A stretch of DNA of 63,005 nt, counting the filler, from Rhabdomonas costata (Eukaryota): the NCBI GenBank assembly GCA_019059605.1. It is 30 parts of 30 records of this genome, joined end to end, with 100 filler letters (N's around TTAATTAATTAA, not from the genome) between each part and the next. Parts side by side here need not be neighbours in the genome. Positions count along the whole stretch, not along the records: positions 37,878 to 39,880 come from JAHMHO010006527.1; positions 39,981 to 41,982 come from JAHMHO010006528.1; positions 42,083 to 44,085 come from JAHMHO010006529.1; positions 44,186 to 46,188 come from JAHMHO010006530.1; positions 46,289 to 48,291 come from JAHMHO010006531.1; positions 48,392 to 50,393 come from JAHMHO010006532.1; positions 50,494 to 52,495 come from JAHMHO010006533.1; positions 52,596 to 54,597 come from JAHMHO010006534.1; 22 more parts are not named here. One strand, given 5' to 3'. Of this stretch, positions 38,531 through 52,668 are shown piece after piece (within the stretch, counting starts at the first letter, position 1; the number at the start of each line of letters is the position of its first letter). Under the pieces are notes generated by a model. That model was given only the letters and a program-made list of their open reading frames with translations. It was not told where the DNA came from and made no database searches. Made by a program: the position numbers and the translations under genes.

Positions 38531-39586
38531 TATTTTCGGGAGGGCCTGGCACGGGAGCTGAGCCCACGGGAGATGGATCTTCTGGATAAACTCTCCCCTA
38601 AGGGAATCGCCAAGGTGAACGCGGACCACTTCCGAGGTGTGTACGAGAAATGAAAAGACTTTGAAAGTTGACCAGAAGATTGCAGACGCAGGCTGCCTCA
38701 GTAAATTCACATAAGTAAATCAGCGATAATTTTTTTAAAGATAATTTTGCGCCACTTGGGTGCATTGAGTGTTGGAACCTTTGCGCTCTGGGACCCTTTA
38801 ATCGCTGGCAGGTAGTCCCAGTGCAAGGCTGCAGCCTCATCGAGGAGCCGTACAGATGTGAGGTTGTTGTTTCTAGCGGCCCGTTGGTGATTTCGCTGGA
38901 AGCCATAAAAGGCAGCAATTTTTTTGGCGTGGGGGCCATGAGATGGGGGGAGGTTAGTACGGTGCTGAATGCTTAGTAGGTGCTCTTGATCCAAAGAATG
39001 AAAACATTGACGTCATCGACTGACTTCCAGTGGCTACCACGTTTCCGGTACTGCATGTGTGTATGGGGAGGGGGCCTTGTGGAATTTTATATAGGTCTAG
39101 CTCCTAATTTTTCAGTGGCCCAACTCAGTGTGTCAAGGCGACTGATGAAATCCCACCCGCGTCCGTTTATCTAAGCTCCTTGAGTCAACCAGCGCCAGGA
39201 GTTTCTAGGTGCATCCCCTATGCCCCTGTGCAGGAGTGGTGCTGTAGAACAAAATGGAAAGAACCAGTGGCCCTACCTGGCACTGCTCTGACATTGGGTG
39301 CCTTACCTACTTTTTGGGGCGTTGACATTGCTGTGATGCCCTGCATTTTGTGTTGCTTTTTTTTTTAGGAGTGAAGGTCTCAGAGACTCTTCGGAGCCTT
39401 ACCGCGGCTCACGGCGTGCTGATGGAGCACTGTCAGGCGCTGCGTGCAGCGCTGCCCGAAAAGGCCCACGAAGTGCTGGCGCTGCTGCGCCGGCCCCCCA
39501 GCGCGGCGGAGCTGGCCTTCCTGCACAGCGTCTCCATGGCCAGCCTAACCACTGTGTTGAGGCAGCATCAGGCAGAGAATGAACAG
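38531..39586 (+). CDS. Two internal exons of an unknown helical protein
   Basis: 38531-38636 and 39369-39586 have AG/GT ends and join in phase 1 (YFREGLARELSPREMDLLDKL...G|VKVSETLRSLTAAHGVLMEHC...). Confidence 0.65.
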
Positions 39587-39840
39587 GTGAGTTGGATTTC
39601 CCGAACGTTTGTGGAGAGTCCATTTCAGGTTATGTCCCCCCCACTGGAACGGTTTTTTGCAACAGAAAACGGAAAGCGGAATCTTGTGACAATTTGAGGA
39701 AATCTGCTGGCACAAGAAAAGGGAATTGGCGTCACTGGAAAATTGAGTCTGTCTTGAAGTCTGTGCGGGGAGTTCGGGCAATATTCGTGTTTCTCGGTAT
39801 CCCTATCAAAGGCTCTCCTATCAAAGGTGCCCTTCGTTAT

Positions 39841-39876
39841 ACCACCACCACCACCACCACCACCACCACCCACCAC
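39841..39876. repeat. (ACC)n microsatellite
   Basis: About 10 tandem ACC units at the contig end. Confidence 0.9.
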
Positions 39877-40168
39877 CCCCNNNNNNNNNNNNNNNNNNNN
39901 NNNNNNNNNNNNNNNNNNNNNNNNTTAATTAATTAANNNNNNNNNNNNNNNNNNNNNNNNNNNNNNNNNNNNNNNNNNNNCAAACTGTCAGAGCGAAAGG
40001 CAGATCGCTGGTATGGACTCGATGCGCAGCAACTTCTTGGGTCAGTCTGGAAAATAAGGCGGGTAGGGTCGCAAGTATTTGTCCTGGGCCCTAACTGCTA
40101 GAATGCAGAGAATCGCTGGGGAGCTGCGGATTTGAGAATGAGAGACACTGGAGCGAATCTCCACAAAC

Positions 40169-41982
40169 CTGCGCCCAAGAAGAGCTCCTGTGGACCCAGC
40201 CACAGGCTGAGGTACCTCAGTAGCAGCAGCGAGGCCAGCACAAACCGAAGCACGCCTGCCACGGGCTCGCCCCCTCCGCCCCCGCAGCCCATTATCACGG
40301 GCGCCGCAACACACGGCAACCCGTATGCCATCTGAAACCACCACAACAACACCAAAATACCCATCGCGGCAATGTAGCAAAGAGAACACATACACACACG
40401 TATACACATATACACATATATACTTCCGTTCGTCGGTGCTTAGCTCATTTACCACAGATATCCTTCCTCAATGAACAAAAGACAGCTCGTATGACTCCAC
40501 ATTTTCCATGCCCTTAGGGCATCGCTCGGGTACACTGATGCGAAAGAGGCGCCAAGGATAGGAAACGGAACAATACAGGAAAATTTCTAACGATCGCGTG
40601 GTATGAGGCGATGCAAAATAGACTCTGGTTCGGGCTCACGGGGTGTTCCAGGACTCCGATTTGGGCTCAGTTGTTAGGGGAGCTTTCCCCGAAGTTTGGA
40701 AAGCGGACGGGAGGAGTGGACTGGGGTCCGTACGATCCAAAAGACTGGCGAGGACTGTGGCCCACGCAACAGCGCGGAGAGGTCATGGGCCTGCACCGCC
40801 AGAAGGGCGACAACCCACACCCACCGGAGCGGCTCCGGTGCCCCGGACGCCCACCCATCTGCACACAGAGATCAAATGAGAGAAAAGGGAAGAAACGTCC
40901 ACAACCACACAAAGACTCAAGTAACACAGATTCGTGCAACTGATTTCACCATAATTCTCCAGCCTGCCCTCCGAAGGTCACACTTGCGCTTTGCGCTGCG
41001 CTAATACAAGCTAATTACTCAATAAGCAGGAGAAAGCGGTGAACAGTAGCTTTGCATTTGAATTGTGGTCTGTCCAGGACTTACCTGGTTTGGCCTTGCA
41101 AAGTGACGGACTAAATCGAGATGCCATGGAGAGTCCTTTTGATACAAAAGACTAAACTATCCGGAAGTCCCACCCCAGTCACCCACAAACGCACACCCGC
41201 AGACAGCGACTGTGAGACCCAAGCCAACAGGGGGAGAACTCCCTGCCACAGCAGGTCCAAGGCTAGCCCAGGAGCATCGCGGGAGCCCATTGCCAACGGC
41301 GCGGTATGAGGCATCGGAGCCACACCCACTGGCCACGGCAGGGAAAGGGAGCGCAGGCAGCGTTGGTCAACCTCTGCAGGAAAACAAGGATACACGCGCA
41401 GACGCCGCACGGAAAAATGGGCTTAAACTACATTTTAAAGGAACTTGAACCGCCCTTTACGCGCAGTTTCAGTGTTGGTGGTGATGGGATGTTTCGTTTG
41501 CCTCCCAACATACATGAAAAAACTACTCGTGCCACAGTCTTTCTGAAACCTGGCTTTTTCCAATGGGTTTGACACGCCACAGCAGCACACTGGTCATGGT
41601 GACAGCGGCGTTCGGCATAACAAGGCCACCAAAAGACCCACCCCATCGCGTTTTCGCTCAATCGGCAGTGATTTTCACAGTTTCATAAACAACGGTATAC
41701 GAGGGACTGCAAAAAAAACACGCATAGCACAAAAAGAAGACCGACGAAATCCGCAACACTCATAAAAGGCTGTCCGATTCTCACTGCGCCGATCAAGCCT
41801 GACGGAATCGTTCACGTGCACCAATAATAGCCCTCACAGTACAAACAAAACATCTGAGCCCTATCCCCCATCTACCTAATCCGGCAAGCAGAGCCACGCC
41901 CAGGGTGTTCTGGGAAGGCGCCAACCAAACTCGGGCTAAGCCAAGCCCTACCACAACCCCGGCGCAGCCTCCCCACACCCCC
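40169..41982 (-). CDS. Probable multi-exon hydrophobic membrane protein of unknown family
   Basis: Splice-bounded hydrophobic segments at about 41982-41875, 41374-41198, 40858-40733 and 40331-40169 (e.g. LRWVWVVALLAV, VLRFVLASLLLLRYLSLW). Confidence 0.4.
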
Positions 41983-42470
41983 NNNNNNNNNNNNNNNNNN
42001 NNNNNNNNNNNNNNNNNNNNNNNNNNTTAATTAATTAANNNNNNNNNNNNNNNNNNNNNNNNNNNNNNNNNNNNNNNNNNNNGTGGTGGGTGTGTTTGGG
42101 GTTTGGGGTCATGAAAGGAAATTGTGTGCACAACATCCCAGTTCCCCGTCGTTCCTCGATGGATAGTTGCACCCGGAAACTAAGAGGAACGTATGTGGCC
42201 CACTAAACATGGTCCCCTCACCCAGACCCTGCATAAATGCCATTGTTTTCAGCACAGCATTATGTGGTTCCGGAATGCACCTGCCATTCTCGTTCCCTTA
42301 TCACTTCCGCTGCTTGTAAAAACATCCTCAGAACTCTCTCGCCTAAACTTTCCATTGATTCACGCAGGAAAGCACGTCTTGTCTCTCATCGAAATACCGG
42401 AAGCACAATGCTATGTTACACAGCGCAGGCCCAGGAGCACACCAAAACCCTGCCATCAGGTTCAAAGTAC

Positions 42471-43335
42471 TCACAACTTTATTCGTTTCTCGACTTGAAA
42501 GGTGGTATCAAGAGAGTCCCTCTTGCCAAGGAGCCGCCGACACGGGCTATGGGGTGGTTGGCAAGATGCAGGTGCGGAGGCAAGGAGGTCGGCCGGAGGG
42601 GTAGTGCGCTCCAGAAGTTGAAAAGGGACAGAGGGAGCTGTGTCTTCAGGTGCACACTGCCTGCCGTGCAGAACACGAAAGACCAATTCAGCCTGCTCGA
42701 TCGCCCGCCGCCACTGCGACGCCTGGGCCCGGAATTGGGCAACCTCCCGTTGCAGCTGCTCCACTTTTCCAAACCGTCTACAAACGTGAAATTTCCAATC
42801 CACAAAAAGAAGCAAATATCAGCGCATAAACATCAACAATCGAATCACAATGACAAAGTGTACAAAAAGTATGTGCACAAAAAGGTGTCAGCGAAATTCC
42901 ACCTCTTTTGCCCGCACGAACTGGCCTGCAGCGGCTGCTGGAGTCCATTGCCTGAGCTCGTTCCTTCCTGGTTAACCCTGGGTTCACAATTTTCGGCAGC
43001 AGCCGACTTCTTCGGCAGCACACTATTTCTGTCGAATAAACCTGGAAATTAAAAAAAGAGCGTGGCATACTCCTGGTTCTCTTGAAGTATTGCTTCTCGC
43101 TCACGATCCCGATCCTGACAAAAAACTGCGTGAGCATGCCGGATGGCCTCTGCCTGCAAGCGAAAACGAACGTGGTGTTCTGCGCGGCACTGCTGAAGGG
43201 CCAACATCATCTCAGAAATAGGGTCACTGTGGAAAGCAGGTTGTCCCAACTCGCGTGGAAAGTCCTCGCTCTGCAGTTCAGCTGGAATGGAAGTGGCAGC
43301 CGCGGCAAAAGCGAAAACAATATCTTGGGCACTGT
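42471..43335 (-). CDS. C-terminal exons of an unknown coiled-coil protein
   Basis: Exons 43335-43071, 43028-42903 and 42777-42471 join in phase 2. They include KVEQLQREVAQFRAQASQWRRAIEQAE and end at a stop after KRIKL. Confidence 0.55.
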
Positions 43336-44185
43336 CTGAAGATCGGGTGAACATCAGCACGAAAAGACAACAAAACGAACAATGAACCTTGGAGAATAAA
43401 GGAGACAAAGGATGAGATAAGGTGGGGAAAACGAAATGCACCGCGCATCAAAAACGTTCAACAATGCCTTCGCCGCAAGTTTGACAACTTTGACATGTTT
43501 CATCAGTGGAAGAGCAAAAAAAAAAAAGCAAACTCTCTTGCCACTCGATGGCAATCGACACAAAACACAGGAGCAGGTCAAGGAGGGGTCAAGGCTGAGC
43601 AGGTCATTTTTGACATCGTTTGAGTTCCGGACTACTTATCCTCTCCAGCTCTTCAGAATTCACCTTTGGCAGCGGCAGATATGAGGTTTGACTGGTAAAA
43701 AAGCCATTCCTAAGTGCCTGTATTACCACAAATAGGAGGCTGGATTCGCTATTGGACTTGTCTTTAAAACCAAGAACCCTCTCTAGGAATGAATGGGGGT
43801 GGGGGGCACATTCGAGCAACGGAATTCAACCCAACCATCTTCACCACCAGCCAAACCCCAAGAAGTGTACAATATGAATCCTCCATCCTCCTGGAAGACC
43901 AACCAACGGACCAGATCGACACCGCCATGTTGCTCTGCATGAAACCAGTTGACGCACATTGCACCAGCTGAAAATAGATGGATTCCATTTTCTCAAGTTC
44001 TCCGATTCATTTCCGATTCTCTCATCCGAGTCTTAAGAACACAAACTTGATGGATTTGCTGGTCCAGATGCCACAACCACAAAAANNNNNNNNNNNNNNN
44101 NNNNNNNNNNNNNNNNNNNNNNNNNNNNNTTAATTAATTAANNNNNNNNNNNNNNNNNNNNNNNNNNNNNNNNNNNNNNNNNNNN

Positions 44186-46188
44186 AGACTTTGGTCGCCA
44201 GCCTGAGCTCCTGTGGGAAGGTCGTGGCCTACAAGATGCAAGGTGTGCCATCGTGTGTGTGTGCATGACCCGTCTCAGTCATCTCAAGTTTTGCCATGGA
44301 ACGAGACTCCGGTCAATTAAACGCGTCGAGGCAACTTATGCAACCCAAGCCGGGCACCTGCTGGCGCCTGGTTGGGGTGGGGTCAGCCTACATCCTTGCC
44401 TTCATCCTAAGTCTAACCAGTATTTTACACTTTACATATGGATTTGAGCCGATTTCGGTGCCTGTCAGTATCTGTACCAGTGTTCACCCAATTCACCCAG
44501 CTCAGTGTGCGTGACTCTCGCCGCAGCATGCGAGTTCATACCGGCAATCTTGTGAAGAGACGGTGACGACAGCTTCTGTTGCACTGCCTCCAAATAGAGT
44601 GAGTGCATCGCGATAGTCTCCACTTCCGTGGTTGAAAGCAGATGGCTGCAGAGTCTCGGGCAGAAGGGCAGAAGGCGCAAAATATGGCACTATGCAATGG
44701 GGGAGGGGATGAATTTTCGTAGAAGCGCCAAAGTACACGCCAAACTCCATGATCTTCACCGAACACACGAGCTTTCCTGGTTTCTCTTTGATTTGGCCTC
44801 AGGGGACCCCAACCTGCCCACTCGTTGGGCGTTCTTCGAGTACGACTCCGAGGACAGCGCGAACCAGGCCAAGATGCACCTGCAGAGCACTGTCCTGGGG
44901 CGGTTCCCGATCAACGTGAAGCCCGCAAACACCACGATCAACCCCAACTCCCTGTCTTCAGGGTCCTCGTCCTCCCTGCTCAGCGGGATGCCAGCCGGCA
45001 GTGCGATGGTACCAAGTACCCCCGGTTGGTCTGGGCTTTCGGTCGTTCTGTGGTGCTTGCAACCCCAGCATCGGTCACAGGGGCTTTGCGACCCGGAAGT
45101 GTTTGTTGGCACAACATTACATCATCTGCCTTTTTTCGACACTAATAACATGGCAACCCTGGAGAACTTCTGCGGCAGCTTTGTGCGAAGCAATGCTGCT
45201 CTCTCTGCAGACCACATGTTGTTGGGGATGTCAAATTCTCTCAGCGGAGATCCTGTAGGTGAGCGGGGGTTGAGCCGCGAGAGGGAAGAGAATGGCGGTG
45301 AAAACATTCTGCAGCACTTTGTTGGACGTGAGAAGTTATCAGAGCATTGGTGTCTCCGCCCATCATTCGGATACATTGTGCAGGACGAGGCCACGGCGCG
45401 GACGTGCTGGGTTGGCAACCTAGATCCCTCCATCACTGATGCCCAGCTGCGGCAGTTCTTCGTGGAGAGCTGCGGGGCGGTGAACAAGGTCGCGATAGCG
45501 GGGGACTCCACCTTCCGCTTTGCCTTTGTAGAGTTCGCCACGAAGACCTCTGCCCAGCTGGCGGTGGGGCTGTCCGGAGTGGTGCTGGGGGGCTCCCAGA
45601 TCAAAATCAGCTCCAGCCGGGGACAGGCAAATCTATTCTTTGCACTTCTGAGTGTAGGGTGGCGGTTTCTCATTCCATTTCATCTCATATTTTCCTACCC
45701 CACACCGCACCCCACCCCACCGCTTTTCTTCACATCTGTCTTCTCTCTTAATCGATGAGATAACTAGGACAGGAATTTGACGATTACAAGGGAAATGATA
45801 GACAAGTACTCACAGTACCTTTAGGTGCGCTGCATGTCTGTTTTATAAATGCTCGCTTGTATAATAAACGCTGAAGGCCAAGGCAGGAGCTTGCTTGGCG
45901 CCCAGTCCCCAACTCAAGAAGAAAACAAGAGGTAAAGCCTCGAAATGGGTGCCACAACCCCCCTCGTTGACTGATAAACTTCATGGATTTCCTTTTCTCA
46001 CTCGCACACGCACGCACGCAAACACACACACACACACTTCGCTCAGGTCGCCCGTGCCAGTGTGACTGGCCTGCCGACCTACCAGGGTGCTGGGGTTGCA
46101 GACAACGCGGGCTCGGTGTCGATCCAGTCCTACCAGACCGCCCTCCGGGACGAGCAGTCCAAGTACCTGCAGTACATCCAGTCCAAAA
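44186..46188 (+). CDS. Tandem-RRM RNA-binding protein (resembles CID/PABP-interacting-type RRMs), partial
   Basis: Exons 44186-44242, 44803-45008, 45384-45626 and 46047-46188 encode SCGKVVAYKMQG|DPNLPTRWAFFEY and TCWVGNLDP (RNP2)...RFAFVEF (RNP1). Confidence 0.9.
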
Positions 46189-48463
46189 NNNNNNNNNNNN
46201 NNNNNNNNNNNNNNNNNNNNNNNNNNNNNNNNTTAATTAATTAANNNNNNNNNNNNNNNNNNNNNNNNNNNNNNNNNNNNNNNNNNNNGTTGTTGGTTGA
46301 TCTGAGCGTGCCACCGCACCGTTTTTATACGGTATTTTCTTGGATGAAGTATTTTGGGGACGGGGGGGGGGTGAACCCGTGTGGTGTCTGAAGCTAAAAA
46401 AGCAGTGCCAAGGGAGTTGAAAGTGCTCTGCTGAAAGTATGTTCCTCTCCATGTTGCTCTGCGATGTTTTCCACTTGCGCGCACATATGTATCTATTCTT
46501 ATGCTCCCCCCAGCAAGCACTTGAACGCTGTTTTTTTTTCGATTTTGAGATCCCGACATTTTTCGGTTGTGCTTGTTGTCGATTAAGTGAAATTACCAGC
46601 CGGTGGTCTCAGAGCGTTTCATTGACAGGTGGTCTTGGTGGTGATGGGTGGTGGTGGTGGTGGTGATGCGGTGGGTAAAAGACAATTGAAAGCGTTGGAG
46701 TGTGAGCGAAGGGCCCTATGGATATTGCATACGCCGCTCGGGAGAAGAGCAGTAGTCGTCCCAAAAGAAGGTCAAGGCACAGATAAAAGCGAAAGCCGGA
46801 CAAGATTAAGAAGCAGATCACGTAAAACACCATTGACGTTGACGTCCCTCACACACTGAACAAGTTGAGGTCCGTTTTCCCTCCATCGAATGGGAATGGG
46901 AAAACAGACCCATTCCGCTCCGGCACAAGCAGGCTAATGATTCAGTTCTTCAACAGGAATGGCTACGGAAATTGGGCCATGCACTGAGGTTTCCAATTTT
47001 TGAGCCGTAAGCACGCCTCACCAACGCCTTCCCGTGTCTCCACACCTGCTGCTGTGCCTGGCTTCCGCAGATCTCAAAGCCGGCCTGAATGGGCTCTTCG
47101 TCATTCTTTGTCCTCTGCCTTATCACCAGCTGAAATCGTCTCTGAAAAAGACGCTGGGACCGAGATTACAGCTGAACTTTCCCGTTGGCGTCGTTGCACA
47201 GCTCAATATGGAGAAGAGGGATTGCTTCCAAAGGGGGCACAAGCTTCCCGCTGATTGGGGCCGAAGCAGTCAAATCAAACTCTTCAGCAGAAACCCGCTT
47301 CCTGCACGGGAACAGGTGCTGTAGCCATCAATCTGGATGATCTGCAGTGCAGGATTGCCCCATATCAAGTTGTTGCGATGTCATCTTCATGGTCGTGCCC
47401 CACTGGTCCTTTTGGCAGGGGAAAGAAACCCAAAAAGACATAGTCATCACTGCTCTGGGACTGACCTTGACCCCAACTTCTAACCCCAGCGCGTAACCCT
47501 TTCTGATGCTCCCGTACCTGAATTAATGACGAAGGGGAATAGGAAGTGACGCAGCTGGCTTCGGTTTCCTTTCCTTTCCAGAAATGGTTGACAGCTGCTA
47601 TGTCTTCGTAAATGGTGCGTCATCCGCCAAAGACCCCAACAAAGGTCCGGTGCAAAGGGGACAGCAACCGGCTCTTGAGTTCCGCCCCTGAAGTAGCACA
47701 CTTAAACAAATGCCAAGAGAAAACAGGAAGAAAGTCTGCAAAAAAAATTCACACCATATATTCTACTTGCAGGAGCGAGATGAGACCGCTCCGCAACACT
47801 TACCACTAACTCAGGATCGACTGGGCAAGGTCCTTCAGCTTCATGCATTGCTTTTACGCAGGACAATGAGAAAATTCCCGTGAGCGAAGCACAATAAAAA
47901 ATCACTTCTGGTGGGAAGCGTGGAACATAGCATACGTCACATCGAAGCACCAAGATAGAAAAAACGCCCTACTCAGGAACAAAGTACTGAGGAAGACCAG
48001 GCCTAGAAGAGCATCGCAAGAACCCGATGTCAGAAAAGTTGAGTAGCTCAAGAGAGCCCATGTACGCACGCAAATATTGCACACTATGTGATCACCAGAC
48101 AATAATGACGAGCGCTGTGAAACAACCTCTTTCTATGGGTAGTGTGGGAATCACACCTTTCAATCAAAGTTCGCCGCGATTTTGAGCAACGTTTTTCGCT
48201 TATTGAGCAACTATGGTGGGGCTCGAAAATTTCCAAAAAGACTGATGAACCAAGTGGTTCACGTCCGCCACACACGGAAACCACAACCCCCNNNNNNNNN
48301 NNNNNNNNNNNNNNNNNNNNNNNNNNNNNNNNNNNTTAATTAATTAANNNNNNNNNNNNNNNNNNNNNNNNNNNNNNNNNNNNNNNNNNNNTTTGTGTTG
48401 GGCTGTGAGGGATATTGGGGAGGTGGAGATGTGAACTTGAGGTAAGGACACGGTTTGCTCACG

Positions 48464-48568
48464 TTGCTCTGGAACGGTGGCCGGGGTGAGCACAAAGGTG
48501 AGGTTCAGGGTGAACAGCCGCGCCACTGGGTCCATCCCCAGCAGAGCGTGGCTCTCGTTATCATACAC
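48464..48568 (-). CDS. Internal exon of an unknown protein (VYDNESHALLGMDPVARLFTLNLTFVLTPATVPEQ)
   Basis: ttttcccag acceptor, gtgagc donor and GC3-rich codons. Coordinates are approximate. Confidence 0.5.
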
Positions 48569-51077
48569 CTGGGAAAAGGGAAAAGCCCTTTCGCACCTCA
48601 CAAACCGCTGCCCTGCGCAGCCCAGCACGATCTTCCGCCATCTTTATCCTTCACAGTACTTGTTTTCAACCATTACAAAAAAAAAAGCTCAAAAGTGAGG
48701 CAGTGGGAAGCAGTCGAACGCTTTCTTTCGCGCGAGTGACGGCGCTGTGCGACCCTATAGATATGGAAAATAACGGGACTTATCTCAAGGTGAGGCTAAA
48801 GGAGAGTGGGGCCTCAGCTGCACCGCGCCGCGACCGGAGGCCTCTCCTCCAGCGGGCCCGCCCCAGGCCCCCAGAACGCCCTTGTAACCGGTGTAAGTGA
48901 GGAAACGCCATCATCAAGAACTGCCGAATGCGATTCCGGGCCATCGGCATGGTCAGGGGTATTGGCGCATCCAACCAAAAGAGAAAAGCAATGACTGCCG
49001 CAAGGGCTTCTTGTATTTTTTGGGGTTAAATACTGCATTGCTAGGCACTGCAGAACGGTAGGAAATTTCCTGCCTGCTTGAGTGACTTCCCTGCCGAGAG
49101 CAAGCCAGTGCAAGGAGATGACGTTTCCATGCAATGTCTGCGCTGTTTTTATCAACATTGTTTTCCATGATGTTGTGCACTGAGTGAGGTCTCTTGTTCC
49201 CGCCTGCTGTATATGATGGGCCTTCAACCCATTTTTCGGTTGCATCCACGTCGCAGCGTGTTTTACATTGTTTGCTTGTACGACATGTTCCTGGCTAAGG
49301 CGTGCGACGCGGATGACAAATGCGCCCACTTTTTGCAGAACGACAAGTCCCCCCTACCCCACCACCTCCTCCTCCCTCTCCCTCTTCCAAAATCCGTTCT
49401 CCTCGCATTGGAATTTGAACATTATAGAACCCGAACTCCAGGGATGGAAGTTAATTCAATTCAACTACTATCAGAACCTGGAGGCGCTCAGGCAGAAAGC
49501 ACGTTCCCATCCGGGAGCGTTTGACCTTGCCCGGGGGGCCGTTCACATACAATGGGTTGTTGTGACCTGAACACTCAGGGCCTGTCTGTTTGCTTTGAAT
49601 TCAAAAGTCTCGCGGCCCGTCCGAAGGTCATTTTCATTTTCGCTTTTTGCTTCGATGAGTCCTTCTCTGCAGACTCGCCGAGGCGTGGCAGCTGGCGCGC
49701 TCCGGTCAGCTGAAGAAAAAGGAGCACTCCAAGATGGAAGTTGGAAACCGGTGTGCTATTCCATTCAGCATGCCGTTTCAAGGGGACACCCAATGACCTC
49801 CAAATAGTCTTTGCCTTCGTCTATACTGTTTCGCATATTTTAGTATGTCGTTAAATTGACATGAATTGGCCTCAATTATGTGGACTTTTGGTTGATTTCT
49901 CTCGATGCCGTGTTTCGGCTGCTCAGTCGCGTCTTTCTGCCGTGGTGCGGCCCTTCTGGGTTGTTTATGACTGTTCAAGGACGGGTGAATATCCCTGGAT
50001 GACATTCACACGTCCTGAGATTCTATGATTTTAGATGGTGACGTGCTCTGATTCTCAAGAGTTTCGAATAAAGGAGTTGCAAGCGTTTCGCCAATCCATT
50101 ATTCCGAGTGTGTTCATTAAGCGGCATCTGCTCCCGTTTGATTTTTTCCCCTGTTGTAGGTACCTGAACTTTCTGTTTGAAAGTCAGCAGTACTCCCAGG
50201 CTTCGGGCTTGCTCAGGTCAGTCTCAGCTGCTCCCCCCCCCCCCCCCCCCCCTTCCCATCGCTGTTCGAGTTGCTTCCGTGAGGCGCTACTTTCATTCTA
50301 TAAAGTGCTCCGAGCGACACATCTGCAACGTTCCGCAATCTCCATAGCGTGGTGGTGAAACCCCGAAACCAACCAACCACACACACCCAACACNNNNNNN
50401 NNNNNNNNNNNNNNNNNNNNNNNNNNNNNNNNNNNNNTTAATTAATTAANNNNNNNNNNNNNNNNNNNNNNNNNNNNNNNNNNNNNNNNNNNNTTGTGTT
50501 GGGGTAAAGGGCCTGTGGACATGTGGGTGGAGACCCACTGCGGTTGCGGTGGGAGGCCACCGAGTGTGTGAGGGCGTGAAGGCACCCCACTCGGGCTGGC
50601 GCTGCGGTTCCGTGCGGAGTGGTTTTGTTGTGCCTCTGACCAGTCGGCGGATGGTGGTGGTGGTGGTGGGGGGGCAAGTGGACACACTTCCTCCAGTTCG
50701 CTGACCCCACCCCCTCTCTCTTTTCTCATCTCATCAAGCACAACAGATCTGGCAAATTTTATGGCCTGTAACGTATAAGGCGGTGGAAGCAGGGGGCCCC
50801 TTTGAATTCCTTTTCTGCGGAGTACACAGGCGGACTTGCTGCTGAGGGTCCCTGGGCTGGGGGGCGTCCTGCAACTTCGGGTGCGTCGAGCAGCGGCAGG
50901 CAGCCGTGTGGGGAAATCATTAAGTCATGACATCAGGGAAATAAAACATGGGGGAAGGGGGCATTGGACACTATATGTCGGTTTCTAACGTGTTTTCACT
51001 GTGTACTTTGGTTTTTTTACACTGACCTCTGAATTTGGGGAAATATCACCACTCTAGGTAATATCTATAGATAATAA

Positions 51078-51113
51078 TATATAAAAAATATATAAAAATA
51101 TATAAAAATATAT
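51078..51113. repeat. AT-rich minisatellite (TATATAAAAA about 3 times)
   Basis: Tandem 10-11 nt units are visible directly. Confidence 0.8.
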
Positions 51114-52668
51114 TAGATATCTATGACGTCCATGTCAGGTGGAAACCCATCCCGGGGGCAAAAAGTAAACAGGCTCACACTTCTGCGGACCCCTCCATCC
51201 CAACAAGAACAGCATGAAAGAACCAAGAAAAAACCGCAAAAGAATATGGAAAAAAGGTTGACCTCCAGGGGAACTCCGGAAGCGTTGGCAGCCGAGGAAG
51301 GAAGTACGGCATGCTGAAAGTCAAGCAGTCCTGTGCACACCAAAAAGCAAGAACGCTCGAGTGGTCACTGGTAAAAAAACGATTGTCATTCGATTTCCTT
51401 CCACAACACGGAAGCGATGCACAACACTCAGATTAGCGATGCTGGCATACAAAAGAGAAGGGTGAGGCCACACCTCCAACCCCTCAAGACTGAAGCCGAC
51501 CGATAAACATGGAGGTGGGCTGGATGGCAACTATCGAAAAAAGGACAACTCTACCCAGGGATGCCTCCGGGATGCCGTGACCGAAAGATGCCTCCTCATG
51601 CCAAGTGAGGGTTGTGGCCACGAGTGAAAACTCAAAACTCCAAAACTGCCCCACATCCAAGTGCTTGCAAGTTTACCCAGCAACCATCAGCGAGCACACC
51701 ATCGAGCCAAACACAGCCAATGTCACAGTCACCAAACCCCACCAAAGCAGGACTCTGTGTCTGTGTCGTCCCAACGAGTAACTCAAGGCCACCACAGCTA
51801 TAGGTATGTCAGCAAGCAAAACCGTTAGCAAGCGACAAAGCGAAAGACCGATAGATGACTGATAGGCGCCCAGTTGAAAAGCAAACGACATCCCTTGCCT
51901 TGAGCCTTGCAGACTTTGCAGAAAAACCTACCGTGAAATTAACAGCAGCAAGACCAAGTAAGTGGAGGAGAAGAAGGGTGCACACACCCAAGCAATGATC
52001 ATCTTGACATAGGCGGTGGCTTGGTACGCCCGAGGAACTGAGAAGGAGAGGACGCAGCAGGAGAGACTCCCAAGAAGGTCGCCTGCCCAACACGGCAATA
52101 TTTAACAGCACTGCCTGTGCTGCTGACACACTACAAACAGCATTCCTCCCCGCTGCGTTAGCCAATTATACTCGCCCAAATTTTGGACGAACTCTGCAGC
52201 GCTTGGGCACGACCTACTCTCTGTGTCCATGCGGAAAGCTTCCCCACCACCCTAAGAATATGTTTAACCACGGCATTAGGGGAGTTAAACGTTCAAAGTT
52301 GAAACGTAAATAATAAATGGACCAACATTTTTAATTGAAAAATCGTCGTATGGGTGACTGGCAGCGTATAGCAAATACAACTGCATCAACTTCTACATTC
52401 GAAATGAAATTCGTCATAACGAAACGATTTAGCGTTTCCTTAATTTTTCTGCGAAAAAAAGAGTCTGGCTGGGCGTGGGTCGACTCACACAACACNNNNN
52501 NNNNNNNNNNNNNNNNNNNNNNNNNNNNNNNNNNNNNNNTTAATTAATTAANNNNNNNNNNNNNNNNNNNNNNNNNNNNNNNNNNNNNNNNNNNNTTTTT
52601 GTTGTAGCCGTTGGCTTTGTTCAGCTTTGGCCGTCTTGGATAAGCTTTTTTCCGTTTACTCGCAAAGA

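Noticed and set aside
44628..45758. 376-aa single ORF
   Set aside because: It reads through introns by chance. The RRM gene is spliced, with clear AG/GT boundaries inside the ORF.
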